A stretch of DNA of 64,000 bases from an uncultured Planctomycetia bacterium (GCA_963706735.1 CAVPNQ010000116.1:2704-66703), one strand, 5' to 3'. Counted from the stretch's first letter, positions 15,416-25,312 are shown. Numbers and translations are program-made. Notes: generated by a model from the letters alone, not told the origin.

Positions 15416-17925
15416 TGACGCGGGAAGAGATGCGGGACAAGTTGACGGACTACGCGGTGGGCGAGCTTTCGCCGGAAGAGCGCGCGGAAATCGAACGGAC
15501 GCTGGAAGTGGACGCCGAGCTGCGGGCGGAGCTGGACGCGATCCGGGAAACGGTGGCGTTGGTGTCGGCGTGCCCGGCGCCGAGCGCGGTGGTGAAGGAC
15601 GAGCGGCTCTCGACCGATCGGGTGGATTCGATCCTCTCGCGGATCGTGACAACGCCGATTGCGCGGAAGCGCTGGTGGGTCGGGCCGGCGATGCTGGCGG
15701 CAAGCGTGGCCGTTGCTTTCGGATTGTCCGTCTACAGCAATTTCGCCGTTCGCAAGAACCTGGATCGGCTGAGTGCGAAATTCTCCCAGTCGGAAATGGA
15801 GCGGGAACAGGCCGAGAGGTCCTTCGGCCGCGCTCTCATCGAGTCCGTGAACCGGGCCAGCGAACTGAAGGCGTCTGTCGCGACGCTGACCGACCACCTT
15901 TCGACCGCCAGCAACTCTCTCGCGTCCGCTGAGGCCAGGCACAAGCAACTGACCGAGAATTTCAGACTTCTCGTCGAGCAGCGAAAGACCCTCCAGGCAT
16001 CGAACGGCTCTCTCGAAACCGAGATTGAGTCGGTAAAGGCCCAGCTTGCCGAGACGAGCAAGCTTCGCGAAGACGCGCAGCGCCAGCGCGATACCGTCCA
16101 GGCCGAGTTGCTGGCTTCCAATGACCGGCTTGAGAAGGCTTACAAGGATGTGGCAGAGATGGAAAAGCAACTCGTGAACGTAGCTCGCGCCAAGAACGAT
16201 ATCGAACAACAGCAGGCCTATCTCCGCGAACGCGTCCCGAATATCGGGGACCTCACGGTGGGCGACCCCGCAGCAGCTGAACTTCGGGAGCGACTCAAGG
16301 AGGATCTGGGGCGAGAGAATTCTGTGTTGGTCCTCCAAGCTGGAGAAACCACACCGAGGAGGGCGCTCGAAGCACTCCGCAAAATCCGGAAGGAGCTGAT
16401 CGGTGGGAAGCGCGTGGAGCAGGACGGACAACTCGGACCCGAATCTGGTTACTACGGCACCTTCGGTCCCGGGTCCAACACCGAGGAATACAACCCCCTC
16501 GTAGACAACCCCTTCACACGCCCCTTCGACGCCCCGCTCTCGACCTTCTCGATCGACGTGGACACGGCCGCCTACGCCAACGTCCGCCGCTTCCTGACGG
16601 ACGGCCAGCTCCCGCCGCCTGACGCGGTGCGGCTGGAGGAGCTGGTGAACTACTTCCACTATGCGTACGTGCCGCCGGCCGGGGCGGAGCCGTTCTCGGT
16701 GGCGCTGGAGGCGCATGCGGCGCCGTGGGAACCGAAGCACCAGCTGGTGCGGATCGGGCTGCAGGGGAAGGAGATTGACGTGCGGGAAGCGCCCGCCGCG
16801 AACCTGGTGTTCCTGGTGGACGTGTCCGGGTCGATGGACGAGGCGGACAAGCTGCCGCTGGTGCAGTCGTCGCTCGGGCTGCTGCTGGAGAACCTGCGCG
16901 AGCAGGACAAGGTGGGGATGGTCGTCTACGCCGGAGCCGCGGGCGTCGTTCTCCCGCCGACGTCGGGCTCGCGCAAGGACGAGATCGCTTCCGCCATCCA
17001 GCGCCTCAAGGCCGGCGGCTCGACGAACGGCGCGCAGGGAATCGAGCTGGCGTACAAGCTCGCGGCGGACAACTTCGTGAAGGAGGGCGTGAACCGCGTG
17101 ATCCTCTGCACCGACGGCGACTTCAACGTCGGCGTCACGAGCGAGGGCGACCTCGACCGGCTGATCGAGGAGAAGCGCAAGTCGGGCGTGTTCCTCTCGG
17201 TGCTCGGGTTCGGCCGCGGGAACTACGCCGACGCGCGGATGCAGTCGCTCGCGGACAAGGGTAATGGGAACGCTTCGTACATCGACTCTCTCAAGGAAGC
17301 GCGAAAGGTGCTGGTCGAGCAGGCGACGGGGACGCTGATCACGATCGCCAAGGACGTGAAGATCCAGGTGGAGTTCAACCCGGCGAAGGTCGCGGCGTAC
17401 CGGCTGATCGGGTACGAGAACCGGCTGCTGGCGGCGCAGGACTTCAACGACGACAAGAAGGACGCGGGCGAAATCGGCGCGGGGCACCAGGTGACGGCGC
17501 TGTACGAGGTGATCCCGGCAGGGCAGGACGTGCCGGCGGCGGGCGTGGACGAGCTCAAGTACCAGAAGCCGGCGACGGCGGTGGCCGAGGGCGCGGCGGC
17601 CGGAGAACTGTGCACGGTCAAACTGCGCTTCAAGGCGCCGGACGGGGATACGAGCAAGAAGATCGAGTTCGCGCTCGCGGACCCCGGGCTGAACGCGGCC
17701 GGGGCGAGCACGGACTTCGAGTTTGCAGCGAGCGTCGCGGCGTTCGCGATGTGCCTGAGGGACAGCGAGTACAAGGGGCAGGCGAACTTCGGGCTCGTCA
17801 AGGAGCTGGCGATGGCAGGGCTGGGCGATGACGCGAAGGGGTACCGCAAGGAGTTCATTGAGCTTGTTAAGAAGGCCGGAGAGCTCGCGGAGGCGAAGAA
17901 GAAGGCTGCAGAGGAGAAGAAGTAG
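15412..17925 (+). CDS. anti-sigma-like N-terminus - TM - coiled coil - YfbK-type vWA protein
   Basis: The start overlaps the sigma-factor stop (GTGATG). The N-terminus LTDYAVGELSPEERAEIERTL resembles an anti-sigma factor. It is followed by a TM helix, a heptad-rich segment of about 200 aa, VDTAAYANVRRFL...VNYF, and the MIDAS motif LVFLVDVSGSM. Confidence 0.8.
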   Translation: MMTREEMRDKLTDYAVGELSPEERAEIERTLEVDAELRAELDAIRETVALVSACPAPSAVVKDERLSTDRVDSILSRIVTTPIARKRWWVGPAMLAASVAVAFGLSVYSNFAVRKNLDRLSAKFSQSEMEREQAERSFGRALIESVNRASELKASVATLTDHLSTASNSLASAEARHKQLTENFRLLVEQRKTLQASNGSLETEIESVKAQLAETSKLREDAQRQRDTVQAELLASNDRLEKAYKDVAEMEKQLVNVARAKNDIEQQQAYLRERVPNIGDLTVGDPAAAELRERLKEDLGRENSVLVLQAGETTPRRALEALRKIRKELIGGKRVEQDGQLGPESGYYGTFGPGSNTEEYNPLVDNPFTRPFDAPLSTFSIDVDTAAYANVRRFLTDGQLPPPDAVRLEELVNYFHYAYVPPAGAEPFSVALEAHAAPWEPKHQLVRIGLQGKEIDVREAPAANLVFLVDVSGSMDEADKLPLVQSSLGLLLENLREQDKVGMVVYAGAAGVVLPPTSGSRKDEIASAIQRLKAGGSTNGAQGIELAYKLAADNFVKEGVNRVILCTDGDFNVGVTSEGDLDRLIEEKRKSGVFLSVLGFGRGNYADARMQSLADKGNGNASYIDSLKEARKVLVEQATGTLITIAKDVKIQVEFNPAKVAAYRLIGYENRLLAAQDFNDDKKDAGEIGAGHQVTALYEVIPAGQDVPAAGVDELKYQKPATAVAEGAAAGELCTVKLRFKAPDGDTSKKIEFALADPGLNAAGASTDFEFAASVAAFAMCLRDSEYKGQANFGLVKELAMAGLGDDAKGYRKEFIELVKKAGELAEAKKKAAEEKK

Positions 17926-17961
17926 ACGGGAGTCGGGAGGCGGGAGTTCGGAGCAAACTGC

Positions 17962-17995
17962 GCGGCCCCGGTGAAAACCGGGGCCGCGTTCGTTC
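17962..17995 (+). terminator. hairpin terminator candidate after the anti-sigma-vWA gene
   Basis: GCGGCCCCGG-TGAAAA-CCGGGGCCGC is followed by a weak T-containing tail. Confidence 0.45.
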
Positions 17996-18062
17996 GAGTT
18001 TCTGGACGAGCCGCCGGAGGACAGGCGGCCGAGGTGGTGACGGCCGGCTGTCCGCAGGGCAC

Positions 18063-18092
18063 AAAAAAAGCCCCGGCGGATTGCGCCGGGGC
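18063..18092 (-). terminator. rho-independent terminator for the 18112-20760 gene
   Basis: On the minus strand, GCCCCGGCGC-AATC-CGCCGGGGC is followed by TTTTTTT. Confidence 0.7.
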
Positions 18093-18111
18093 CTGAGGGA
18101 AGGTGGGAATC

Positions 18112-20760
18112 CTAGTTGTCGTCGTCGCGCACCCGTACCTGGAGCCGGAGATCCGCGCCCTCGGTCGGGAGCTGCTTCTTCCAGAGAACCATCGCGCCTC
18201 CCAGCGTGTCGCACGTGCAACTCCGGACCGCGAAGATGAAATTGCCGGAGATATCCTCTTCCGAGTCGTCGTCAACCAGAGCGGGGTCCGAAAGCCCGGA
18301 CGACGGGTCGTCGTCGTCGTCGCCTTCGAGCAGCCTCCAGCCCAGGTTGTCCTCTTCGGGATTGCACTCCTGGTAGTAGATGTGGCCGCTCTCGACGAAC
18401 CAGACGGCGAAGCGATTGCCGGACGTACCGGTGCCGATGAAGACCGGGGCGAACGAGAGGTCCGGATTGGTGAAAGGAAGGCTGAGCTCGAAGGGCTCGA
18501 GGGCGTCCGCGTTGACAGGAGGGACGAAGCGTTCGCCCAGGGTCGGCTCGTCGAGGTCGGTGGAATACCGGCGGGTGCGGAGGGCGTCGCCGAGGCCGTC
18601 GGACTCGTCGACGGCGTCCTCGAAGAACAGGGCCTGGACGAAATCAGGGGCGTGGGCGCGCTCGGCGTCGTCCTCGCCGGAGACGGGGTCGAACGTACCG
18701 ATGTCCTCGCCGGGCGGGGTCGGAAACAGCCTGAGAGTCTGTGAACCGACCTGGCGTGTTGTGGTATTGCTGTCGATCTCGATCTTCGCGGCGCCGGTGC
18801 CCGTCGTTTCGGCGAACAGGCGGAAGTCGTCGCTGGCGGTCAGGTCGACGTCCTGCCGGTAGACCACGAGAAGGCTTCCGTCGTCGCCGCCATCGACGGC
18901 GTTGAAATCGACGCCGAGGTAATTGACGGTGGCCGCGGAAGACAGGTCGCCCTCTTCGAATGTCTCGATCATGGTGGCGGCGGAGCCGAGGATGGGAGCC
19001 GTCGTGAGGTCGGCGGTGAGGCGGACGGTGAAGAGCTGGTCGTTCGCGACGCCGCTTTGCTCGAAGAGGAGGTTCATCACGTCCGGGTTCGACTGCGCAC
19101 CGCAGACGTACCCGAGGCCGTTCTGGAACATGAAATGGAGCACGTTCTGGCCGTCCACGTCGGCGTTGACGTTCACCGGCGGGCTCAGGGTGTCGGAGAG
19201 AGGGGGAATGACGACGGGGTCGCCGTCGTCGTCCCGGCGGGTCGTCACGTACTGCGCCGCCCAGAGGCCGATGTCGTCCGTGAGCCCGGCGTCCACGATC
19301 TCCATCCAGGCGAGCATCACGTAGTCACCGTTACGGCTGATGCGGACGTCCGCGATGAACGGGATGACCGCGTCGCTGATGTCGGGGTCGTTGACGTCGA
19401 GGAACCCGATATCGAGCAGCGTGCCGTCGGCCTCGTTGATCTCGGCGATCGCGAGCCGGGAGTTCGCAGTGAGGTCAGCATGGGAGCCCGTGAGGCTGTC
19501 CAGCAGCTGCGTCGAGAAGATCGCCACGTTGGCGAGTCCTTCGTCGCTTCCGAAGATAGCGCGGCTTCCCAGGGCGCCGTTTCCCGTCATGAAAAAAGAG
19601 CGGTTGTCGACGAGGTCGGTCGCCAGGATCGCCGTGTCGTGGAGGTGGATGGGCGGGAAGACACTGCCTGTCGCCAGGTTTACCGTCACGGCCTGGAGCA
19701 CCTCGTCCGTGTTGTTGTCCACGGATCCGCCGTACAGGATGAACGCCGGCAGGTCGTCGCCCGCCGTGTCGTTCCGCGCCGCCGTCCGGACGAAAATCGT
19801 CCCGTTGTAGCTCGACGTCAAAAGGGACTCGACGAGCGTCTCTTCGCTGCTCAGCCCGGCGTCCGAAGCGCCGAAAGCAAGGAGTGGGAGGCGCGTGTCG
19901 GAGGAGGGCGTCAGCGGAAACTCGGGGTCGAGCAATTCTGCCGGGTCGAAGTGGACCACGTGGAGCGCCTGGTCATTGTCGGTCGCGTCCGCGTCGTTGT
20001 CCTCGGACTGGACCCAGAAGACGACGGCCGAGGTCGTGTCGTCGCCGTACCGGTACGAGTTCCCCAGAGTGTCCCATCGCGCTTCTCCGCAGAGGCCGTC
20101 CGTCGCGACGCCGAACGTGAGGACGTCCTCCGTTGCTCCGTCCTCGACGCTCAGCCGCCGGGCCAGCTTCTGGAATCCGTGACGGTCCGCCGGGCTGTCC
20201 GCGAGGTCGGCGTCGAAGTACGTGGCGAACAGGCAGCGGTTGACTGCGTCGAGGGGGCCTCCGTCGAGGGAAACGTCCCGCGCCGCCCAGACGATCAGGC
20301 AGTCGCCATTCCGGCTACGCGCCTCCTCGCTGTCGTGGTTCTCCGTGTTGAGAAACACGTGGATCACCGAGCGCGCGTCCACCGCCGAAATCCCCGCATT
20401 GATCCCGTTTGCCTCCATCGCGACCGGAGGCGTCCACGCATCTCCGTCGAAGTACTGCGAGTACAGGATCGTGCTGAGGCCGGCCACCGTCGTGTAGGAG
20501 ACCATCGCCGAGCGGCGATCCCCGTTGTAGGTCACCTTGACCGCCCCGGTGATGCTCTCGTTCGAAGGGCTCATCGCGCGATTGTCGTCCGCCGTGTTGC
20601 CGGCGGACACCGGCGCGCCCGGGAAGTCGTCCGTCGTGAAGATGCCGCTTCCGTTGATATTCGTCACGATGACCCTGTCGCGGGGTTTCCGGCGACAGCC
20701 AGCGACAACGAGCGCCATGAGCACCGCGAAGAAAGTAAGCGCGGACAGTCGGGAGAGCAT
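18112..20760 (-). CDS. large acidic lipoprotein of unknown function (882 aa)
   Basis: The start MLSRLSALTFFAVLMALVVAGC (lipobox) at 20760 is preceded by GGAGG. No domain was recognised by eye. It has an Asp-rich C-terminus. Confidence 0.7.
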   Translation of the reverse strand: MLSRLSALTFFAVLMALVVAGCRRKPRDRVIVTNINGSGIFTTDDFPGAPVSAGNTADDNRAMSPSNESITGAVKVTYNGDRRSAMVSYTTVAGLSTILYSQYFDGDAWTPPVAMEANGINAGISAVDARSVIHVFLNTENHDSEEARSRNGDCLIVWAARDVSLDGGPLDAVNRCLFATYFDADLADSPADRHGFQKLARRLSVEDGATEDVLTFGVATDGLCGEARWDTLGNSYRYGDDTTSAVVFWVQSEDNDADATDNDQALHVVHFDPAELLDPEFPLTPSSDTRLPLLAFGASDAGLSSEETLVESLLTSSYNGTIFVRTAARNDTAGDDLPAFILYGGSVDNNTDEVLQAVTVNLATGSVFPPIHLHDTAILATDLVDNRSFFMTGNGALGSRAIFGSDEGLANVAIFSTQLLDSLTGSHADLTANSRLAIAEINEADGTLLDIGFLDVNDPDISDAVIPFIADVRISRNGDYVMLAWMEIVDAGLTDDIGLWAAQYVTTRRDDDGDPVVIPPLSDTLSPPVNVNADVDGQNVLHFMFQNGLGYVCGAQSNPDVMNLLFEQSGVANDQLFTVRLTADLTTAPILGSAATMIETFEEGDLSSAATVNYLGVDFNAVDGGDDGSLLVVYRQDVDLTASDDFRLFAETTGTGAAKIEIDSNTTTRQVGSQTLRLFPTPPGEDIGTFDPVSGEDDAERAHAPDFVQALFFEDAVDESDGLGDALRTRRYSTDLDEPTLGERFVPPVNADALEPFELSLPFTNPDLSFAPVFIGTGTSGNRFAVWFVESGHIYYQECNPEEDNLGWRLLEGDDDDDPSSGLSDPALVDDDSEEDISGNFIFAVRSCTCDTLGGAMVLWKKQLPTEGADLRLQVRVRDDDN

Positions 20761-21047
20761 GAGCACCTCCGAAAAAGGGGCCGGAGCCACATCCGGCCTG
20801 GGTGTACGCGGAAGTCGTATCGCCCCGGAATGAGAGCGCTTGAAGAACGCGGCGAACGCCGCCTCGGAAGGGGCGGACGGAGTGCGGCCGTGGTCGCCGG
20901 CCGTGCGGCGGATCTTCAGGAAGTAGATCGGCAGATGCCGCGCCGGAGCTTGAGTGCGGGAAGGCGCCCCAGTGCCTGGCGACGGCGGCAGGAGGGCGAA
21001 GTTCCGATGGTGAGGGTAGAGTGTGAAGGCGACACTAAGGAGTCCGC

Positions 21048-22130
21048 ATGAAATCGGCCGTATCCAGGCTTGCGCTCGCTGCCCTGCTCGCAACCGCGGC
21101 GTGCGGGACAGCGACCTCCGAAGAGCCGACGCCGCCCGCTCCCGAAGAGAAGGCGGAGCCGCGGCCCCGGCCGATCCGTCCCCTGTTCGACAAGCCGGAC
21201 GACCGCCACGCGCTTCCGCAGTGGGGGACCGGGCCGATGGACGTGCGCGACCCGTACCCGCTCGCGCTCGCCCATTTCACGATCCCGTTCGAATCGCCCG
21301 CCACTCCCCCGGCGGGGTCAGTCGAGCTCCGCGGGCCGGAGTTCGTCTGGGCCAATACTCAGATCATCGAGGAGGCCGGGGTCGTCGATGCGGAGACCGT
21401 CACCGGCTACCTCCGCTGCGGCCTCGGGCTGACCGACCGGTGGGAAATCGCGCTCGAGATCCCGTACTACTGGCTGGGCGGCGGAATCCAGGACGTCTAC
21501 ATCGACAAGTTTCACAACCGGCTGAAAATCCTCGACGCGCATCGCGAAAATCGCGAGCGCAACAGCTTCCAGATCAGCCGCAAGGACACGAGGATCCGTC
21601 GCGGCGGCCGCGTCGGCGACCTGGCCGCCGGCACGAAGTTCCGGTTCTTCGACGGTTCCTGGTGGCTGCCGGCCGTTTCGGCGTCCCTCTGGCTCAAGGC
21701 GCCGACCTCGTCTTCCGCGTCGCTGGGGCAGCAGGGGTGGGACGTGGCGGGCTCCGTGCAGGTTTCGAAGCGCCTCGGGGCGATCGTCCTGGACGCCGGA
21801 TGCGGGGCCACGATTCTCACGGATGTGCGCCTGGGCGATTTCGAATACGAGCGCATGGGGTTCATGGCCTGGGGCGGCGGAGAGATCGGGATCGTCCCGG
21901 GGCTGACCTTCGAAGCGCACACCTCCTACCGATCGCCGCATCTCAAGGACAGCGGCGACCTCTCCCGGGCGCGCCTGTACCTCGTCCTCGGGCTTCGCTA
22001 CGCCGCGCGCATTCCGGTGGACGGGCGCTTCCTGGACGTCGAGTGCGCGCTGGGGATTCTCGAGAACTACGGGCCGCTGACGACGACGGCGGACTTCGGG
22101 TTTGTGTTCTCGGTGCTGATACGGATGTAG
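21048..22130 (+). CDS. putative outer-membrane beta-barrel lipoprotein (DUF3187-like, tentative)
   Basis: AAGGAG SD, lipobox LLATAAC, alternating hydrophobic strands and a terminal aromatic-rich strand (DFGFVFSVLIRM). Confidence 0.6.
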   Translation: MKSAVSRLALAALLATAACGTATSEEPTPPAPEEKAEPRPRPIRPLFDKPDDRHALPQWGTGPMDVRDPYPLALAHFTIPFESPATPPAGSVELRGPEFVWANTQIIEEAGVVDAETVTGYLRCGLGLTDRWEIALEIPYYWLGGGIQDVYIDKFHNRLKILDAHRENRERNSFQISRKDTRIRRGGRVGDLAAGTKFRFFDGSWWLPAVSASLWLKAPTSSSASLGQQGWDVAGSVQVSKRLGAIVLDAGCGATILTDVRLGDFEYERMGFMAWGGGEIGIVPGLTFEAHTSYRSPHLKDSGDLSRARLYLVLGLRYAARIPVDGRFLDVECALGILENYGPLTTTADFGFVFSVLIRM

Positions 22131-22214
22131 GGATGAGGACGAACAGGACGGGATGGACGGCGGCGTATGCGCCGGACCCTTTAGAGACCCCCACGACCGC
22201 TTCAGGAGCCCAAC

Positions 22215-23195
22215 ATGCGCTGCGCCCATCTCGCCGGCACTTTCCTGCTCGTCCTGGCCCTCGCATCCTCTTCCGAAACCCCGCCCGACGCGACGGCCGA
22301 TGTGCGCGCCGCCGTGCAGAAGCTCGTCGATGCGCAGGAGAAGGGCGACAAGGCGGCGGCGCAGGCGGCGAGCGACGCGCTGGCCATCCCGAAGCTCAGG
22401 GAATGGTTCGAAGGGGCGTTCACGATGAAACTCCCGGAGGACGCGCAGCGGATGCTCAAGGACGACGCCGCCGCGACGTGGAGGTCGCTGGCGCTGCCGT
22501 TCCGGGTCACGAAGGGAAACACGATCCAGGACGTGAAGCGCGCGACGACGGTGGACGAGGCGCCGGAGGGATCGGCCGCGCGCGTGTTCCTGCGGCTGCT
22601 GAAGAATCCCGTCCCGATGTACACGATCACGCTGGTGCGAATGGGCGAACCGGAGCCCCTCGGCTGCTTCTTCGTCCTCGACGGCAAAGTGCGCTTCCTC
22701 GCCGACTCCTACGCCGAAATGCTCTGCGACACGCAGGCGTGCAAGAAGGTGCTCAAGCAGTTCGGCGCCGCGATCTACGACTTCGAAGAGAAGAACAAGC
22801 GCTTCCCTGTCGATCTCGCTGAAGTCCCGGTCAAGCTGGAGGGCGGCGCGGCCGCAGAGTGCCGATTTGCGCCCGCGGGCGCGAGGGCGTTCACGTACGT
22901 CTACCCCGCCGCGGGGCACGCGGCGCCTCCGGACAACATGCTGGCGTTCGACCCGGTCACGCACCCCGACGACCACCGCGTGGTCCTGTTCCAGGGCGGA
23001 CGCGTGGAACTGCTGCCGGAAGCGACGTTCCGCAGGATGCTGACGGACCAGCTCGGGCGCGACAAGGCGGTCATCGAGTTGCGGCTGAAGGAGGCGCGCG
23101 AGGGCAAGGTCGCGGCGGGCGAGGATGCGAAGAAGAAGGTGGCGGCGCTGGAGGCGGTGCTGAAGCTGGCGGCGGAGATCGCGCCCAAGAAATGA
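22215..23195 (+). CDS. secreted hypothetical protein
   Basis: AGGAG SD, a signal peptide, and GC3-rich coding throughout. Confidence 0.6.
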   Translation: MRCAHLAGTFLLVLALASSSETPPDATADVRAAVQKLVDAQEKGDKAAAQAASDALAIPKLREWFEGAFTMKLPEDAQRMLKDDAAATWRSLALPFRVTKGNTIQDVKRATTVDEAPEGSAARVFLRLLKNPVPMYTITLVRMGEPEPLGCFFVLDGKVRFLADSYAEMLCDTQACKKVLKQFGAAIYDFEEKNKRFPVDLAEVPVKLEGGAAAECRFAPAGARAFTYVYPAAGHAAPPDNMLAFDPVTHPDDHRVVLFQGGRVELLPEATFRRMLTDQLGRDKAVIELRLKEAREGKVAAGEDAKKKVAALEAVLKLAAEIAPKK

Positions 23196-23269
23196 GCGGA
23201 CGGGCGCGAGGTTTCCGATCCTCGGGCTTGAAGCGCGCCGGTGCGTCGTGTTCCATGCGGCGGGGGGCC

Positions 23270-24052
23270 ATGCTGGAGAAGGCCATGTTTCGGATTGCGT
23301 TTGTGGCGTTGATCGTGTCTTGTGCCGCCGCGATGTCCGGATGCGCTGGCGGGGAGAGAGAGCCGAAGGGCCCTCCTGCAACCGAAGCGGATCCTCGGAA
23401 ACTCGAGCAGTCCCAACTCGATGCCGCGCGAACCGTCCTTCGCGATCTCTGTCCCCTCTGGGTGAAGGTCAGCGACTTGCGACTCCGGGAACGGATCCGC
23501 CGCTCGGACGAGCTCGCGGACCTGGCGCGCCGCGCGGTGACATGGGTCGCGCCTCGGTTTCAGATTCTTCGCGGTCACTACCGCTGGGACGCGGATTTCA
23601 ATAGCTACCCGGCGGACTATGCCGACGTGCCCGGCCCGGACGAAGTCGAGCGCTGTATCCAGGAACTCGAGCACGGCGATCTCAATCCGCAGGCCCTGGA
23701 GGAACAGGGACGGTGGGCGGGCATCGTCGATGCGATCCGGGGCGGCCGCTTCCAGGAGTCCTGGCCCTGGGAGGAAGTCGCGGCGCGCGAACTGGTCAGG
23801 AAGCTCGACGAGGTCTTCATCGACCTGGACTTCACGGACTCGACGCTCTACGACATCGTGGACTACATCCAGGAGTTCGCCAGAATCAACATCGTGATTT
23901 CGGCTGAAGTTCGAAAGGCCGGGATTCCCGACCGGAAGATTGATTTCCACGCCACGTCGGAGTGCATCGGAAAGACGCTTCGGCGCCTTTGCGACGACTA
24001 CGGCCTGACATGGAAAGTCGAGAACTACGTACTTCTGATAATTGCGAAGTGA
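23270..24052 (+). CDS. lipoprotein with a C-terminal STN/secretin-N0-like domain
   Basis: FVALIVSCAAAMSGC lipobox. The C-terminus FIDLDFTDSTLYDIVDYIQEFARINIVISAEV...LRRLCDDYGLTWKVENYVLLI matches the N0-like block of the 1-2264 paralogs. Confidence 0.65.
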   Translation: MLEKAMFRIAFVALIVSCAAAMSGCAGGEREPKGPPATEADPRKLEQSQLDAARTVLRDLCPLWVKVSDLRLRERIRRSDELADLARRAVTWVAPRFQILRGHYRWDADFNSYPADYADVPGPDEVERCIQELEHGDLNPQALEEQGRWAGIVDAIRGGRFQESWPWEEVAARELVRKLDEVFIDLDFTDSTLYDIVDYIQEFARINIVISAEVRKAGIPDRKIDFHATSECIGKTLRRLCDDYGLTWKVENYVLLIIAK

Positions 24053-24123
24053 GTTCCGGTCGTCGCCAAATCCGCCGCGAGGAGCGCAATCTGAAGCTCG
24101 GGAAATTCACAATCGACCCATGG

Positions 24124-24858
24124 ATGTGGGCAGCGGCGCTCGCGACAGTCGCGGCGGCGCAGGCGCTGGATATGTCCGCACAGCCATTCCTGAAGTGGGG
24201 ACTCGAGACCCTGGACAAAGGGGCATCTCAACCAGAGCCCAAGTGGCTGCACTTCCTCAAGATTCAACTCGGGCTCCTGGGTCTCGGGATCGCAGCAGGT
24301 GTGGCAGGTGCGATCCGGGTGAGCCGTCGCACCGCGCCGGTTCCATTTTCATTTCCCCAGACGGCGGCCATCGTCTTTCTGGCGCTCGTGGCTTCGCTGA
24401 CGCAGATTCGGTGGGTGGCCCTGTCGCTGGGCAGATCGGAATTGAACGAGACGACGCTTCCCCTCGCGAGCACCGTCGCGGTCGACGAGGCCAGGCTGGA
24501 CCGGGTCCGTTTCCGGGTCAGGTCGGCGCGCGTCGGCGACGTTTACGATGCGAAAGACCCGACTCGGTCCCTGCAGAACGTCCTGGTCCTTGAGATCGAG
24601 ATTTCGTCAGACGGCAGCGGCGGCGACCTTGGCCCCCTGATCGGTCTCGGCCCAGGTCCGAATTCCCCCTACGTCGTGGCGGACGGCGGCCTCCTTCGAC
24701 GGGTCGAGTGGCCGGACGGGTTTTCCCCCGCAGGGGAAGACGGCACCACAACGCTCATTCTCGCGTTCGAGCCGCCCCCGGCGGACGCCGTGGAGCTGGA
24801 ACTTCGCATTCCCGGATCGCTGTACCGAGGTTTGAAGGTCCCTCCCCTCACCCGCTGA
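24124..24858 (+). CDS. hypothetical membrane protein (start uncertain)
   Basis: Several hydrophobic segments are followed by a soluble C-terminal domain. The ATG at 24124 was chosen inside the 23962 ORF. Confidence 0.45.
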   Translation: MWAAALATVAAAQALDMSAQPFLKWGLETLDKGASQPEPKWLHFLKIQLGLLGLGIAAGVAGAIRVSRRTAPVPFSFPQTAAIVFLALVASLTQIRWVALSLGRSELNETTLPLASTVAVDEARLDRVRFRVRSARVGDVYDAKDPTRSLQNVLVLEIEISSDGSGGDLGPLIGLGPGPNSPYVVADGGLLRRVEWPDGFSPAGEDGTTTLILAFEPPPADAVELELRIPGSLYRGLKVPPLTR

Positions 24859-24892
24859 CGGAACTCTTCCCTCCCACGGAGACTCCCACCCT

Positions 24893-25312
24893 ATGGCCCA
24901 ACTGGATGCCTTCGCTCCTCCGCCTGTGATTGCCGGCCCTTCCGCACCCCCGCTGGCCGTTCCAGCGGTCATCGCGCACCTCTCCATGTTCTTCGCGCTC
25001 GGGTGGTTCTTGATCCAGGTGCCGGCGATGAAGGTGGTTTACGTAGACCTTGGGTGCGAGTTGCCGCTTTTCACGATGTTCGTCATGAAGATCGACGACG
25101 TCTTCGCGGCGTGCGGGATTCCGATCTGGATTTGCGCCCTGGTGGGACTGGGCGTGGACTTTGGCGTGTGGCGGCTCCTGCGCCAACGCGGCCAGTACCG
25201 GGCGGCGGAGAACTGGCTCTGGCTTGTGGCGGCCGCAATCATCCCGATCACCATCTTCCTTCAGCAGATTCTGATGCTGCCGCTCATTTCGCTGATCAAC
25301 GCGCTGAAGTAG
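24893..25312 (+). CDS. small membrane protein resembling a single GspF/PilC-type domain
   Basis: VPAMKVVYVDLGCELPLFTMFVMKI... resembles the T2SS-F repeat (vPkf..f..lg.eLPl.T), followed by two TM helices. This is by-eye similarity only. Confidence 0.5.
   Translation: MAQLDAFAPPPVIAGPSAPPLAVPAVIAHLSMFFALGWFLIQVPAMKVVYVDLGCELPLFTMFVMKIDDVFAACGIPIWICALVGLGVDFGVWRLLRQRGQYRAAENWLWLVAAAIIPITIFLQQILMLPLISLINALK

Noticed and set aside
15328-17487. A 719-aa minus-strand ORF. Similar cases are 19057-21051 (+), 55411-58143 (+), 32790-34973 (-) and 60810-62828 (+).
   Set aside because: All are antisense to strongly supported genes (anti-sigma-vWA, the lipoprotein, hppA, the reductase subunits and biotin carboxylase). 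None has a recognisable motif.
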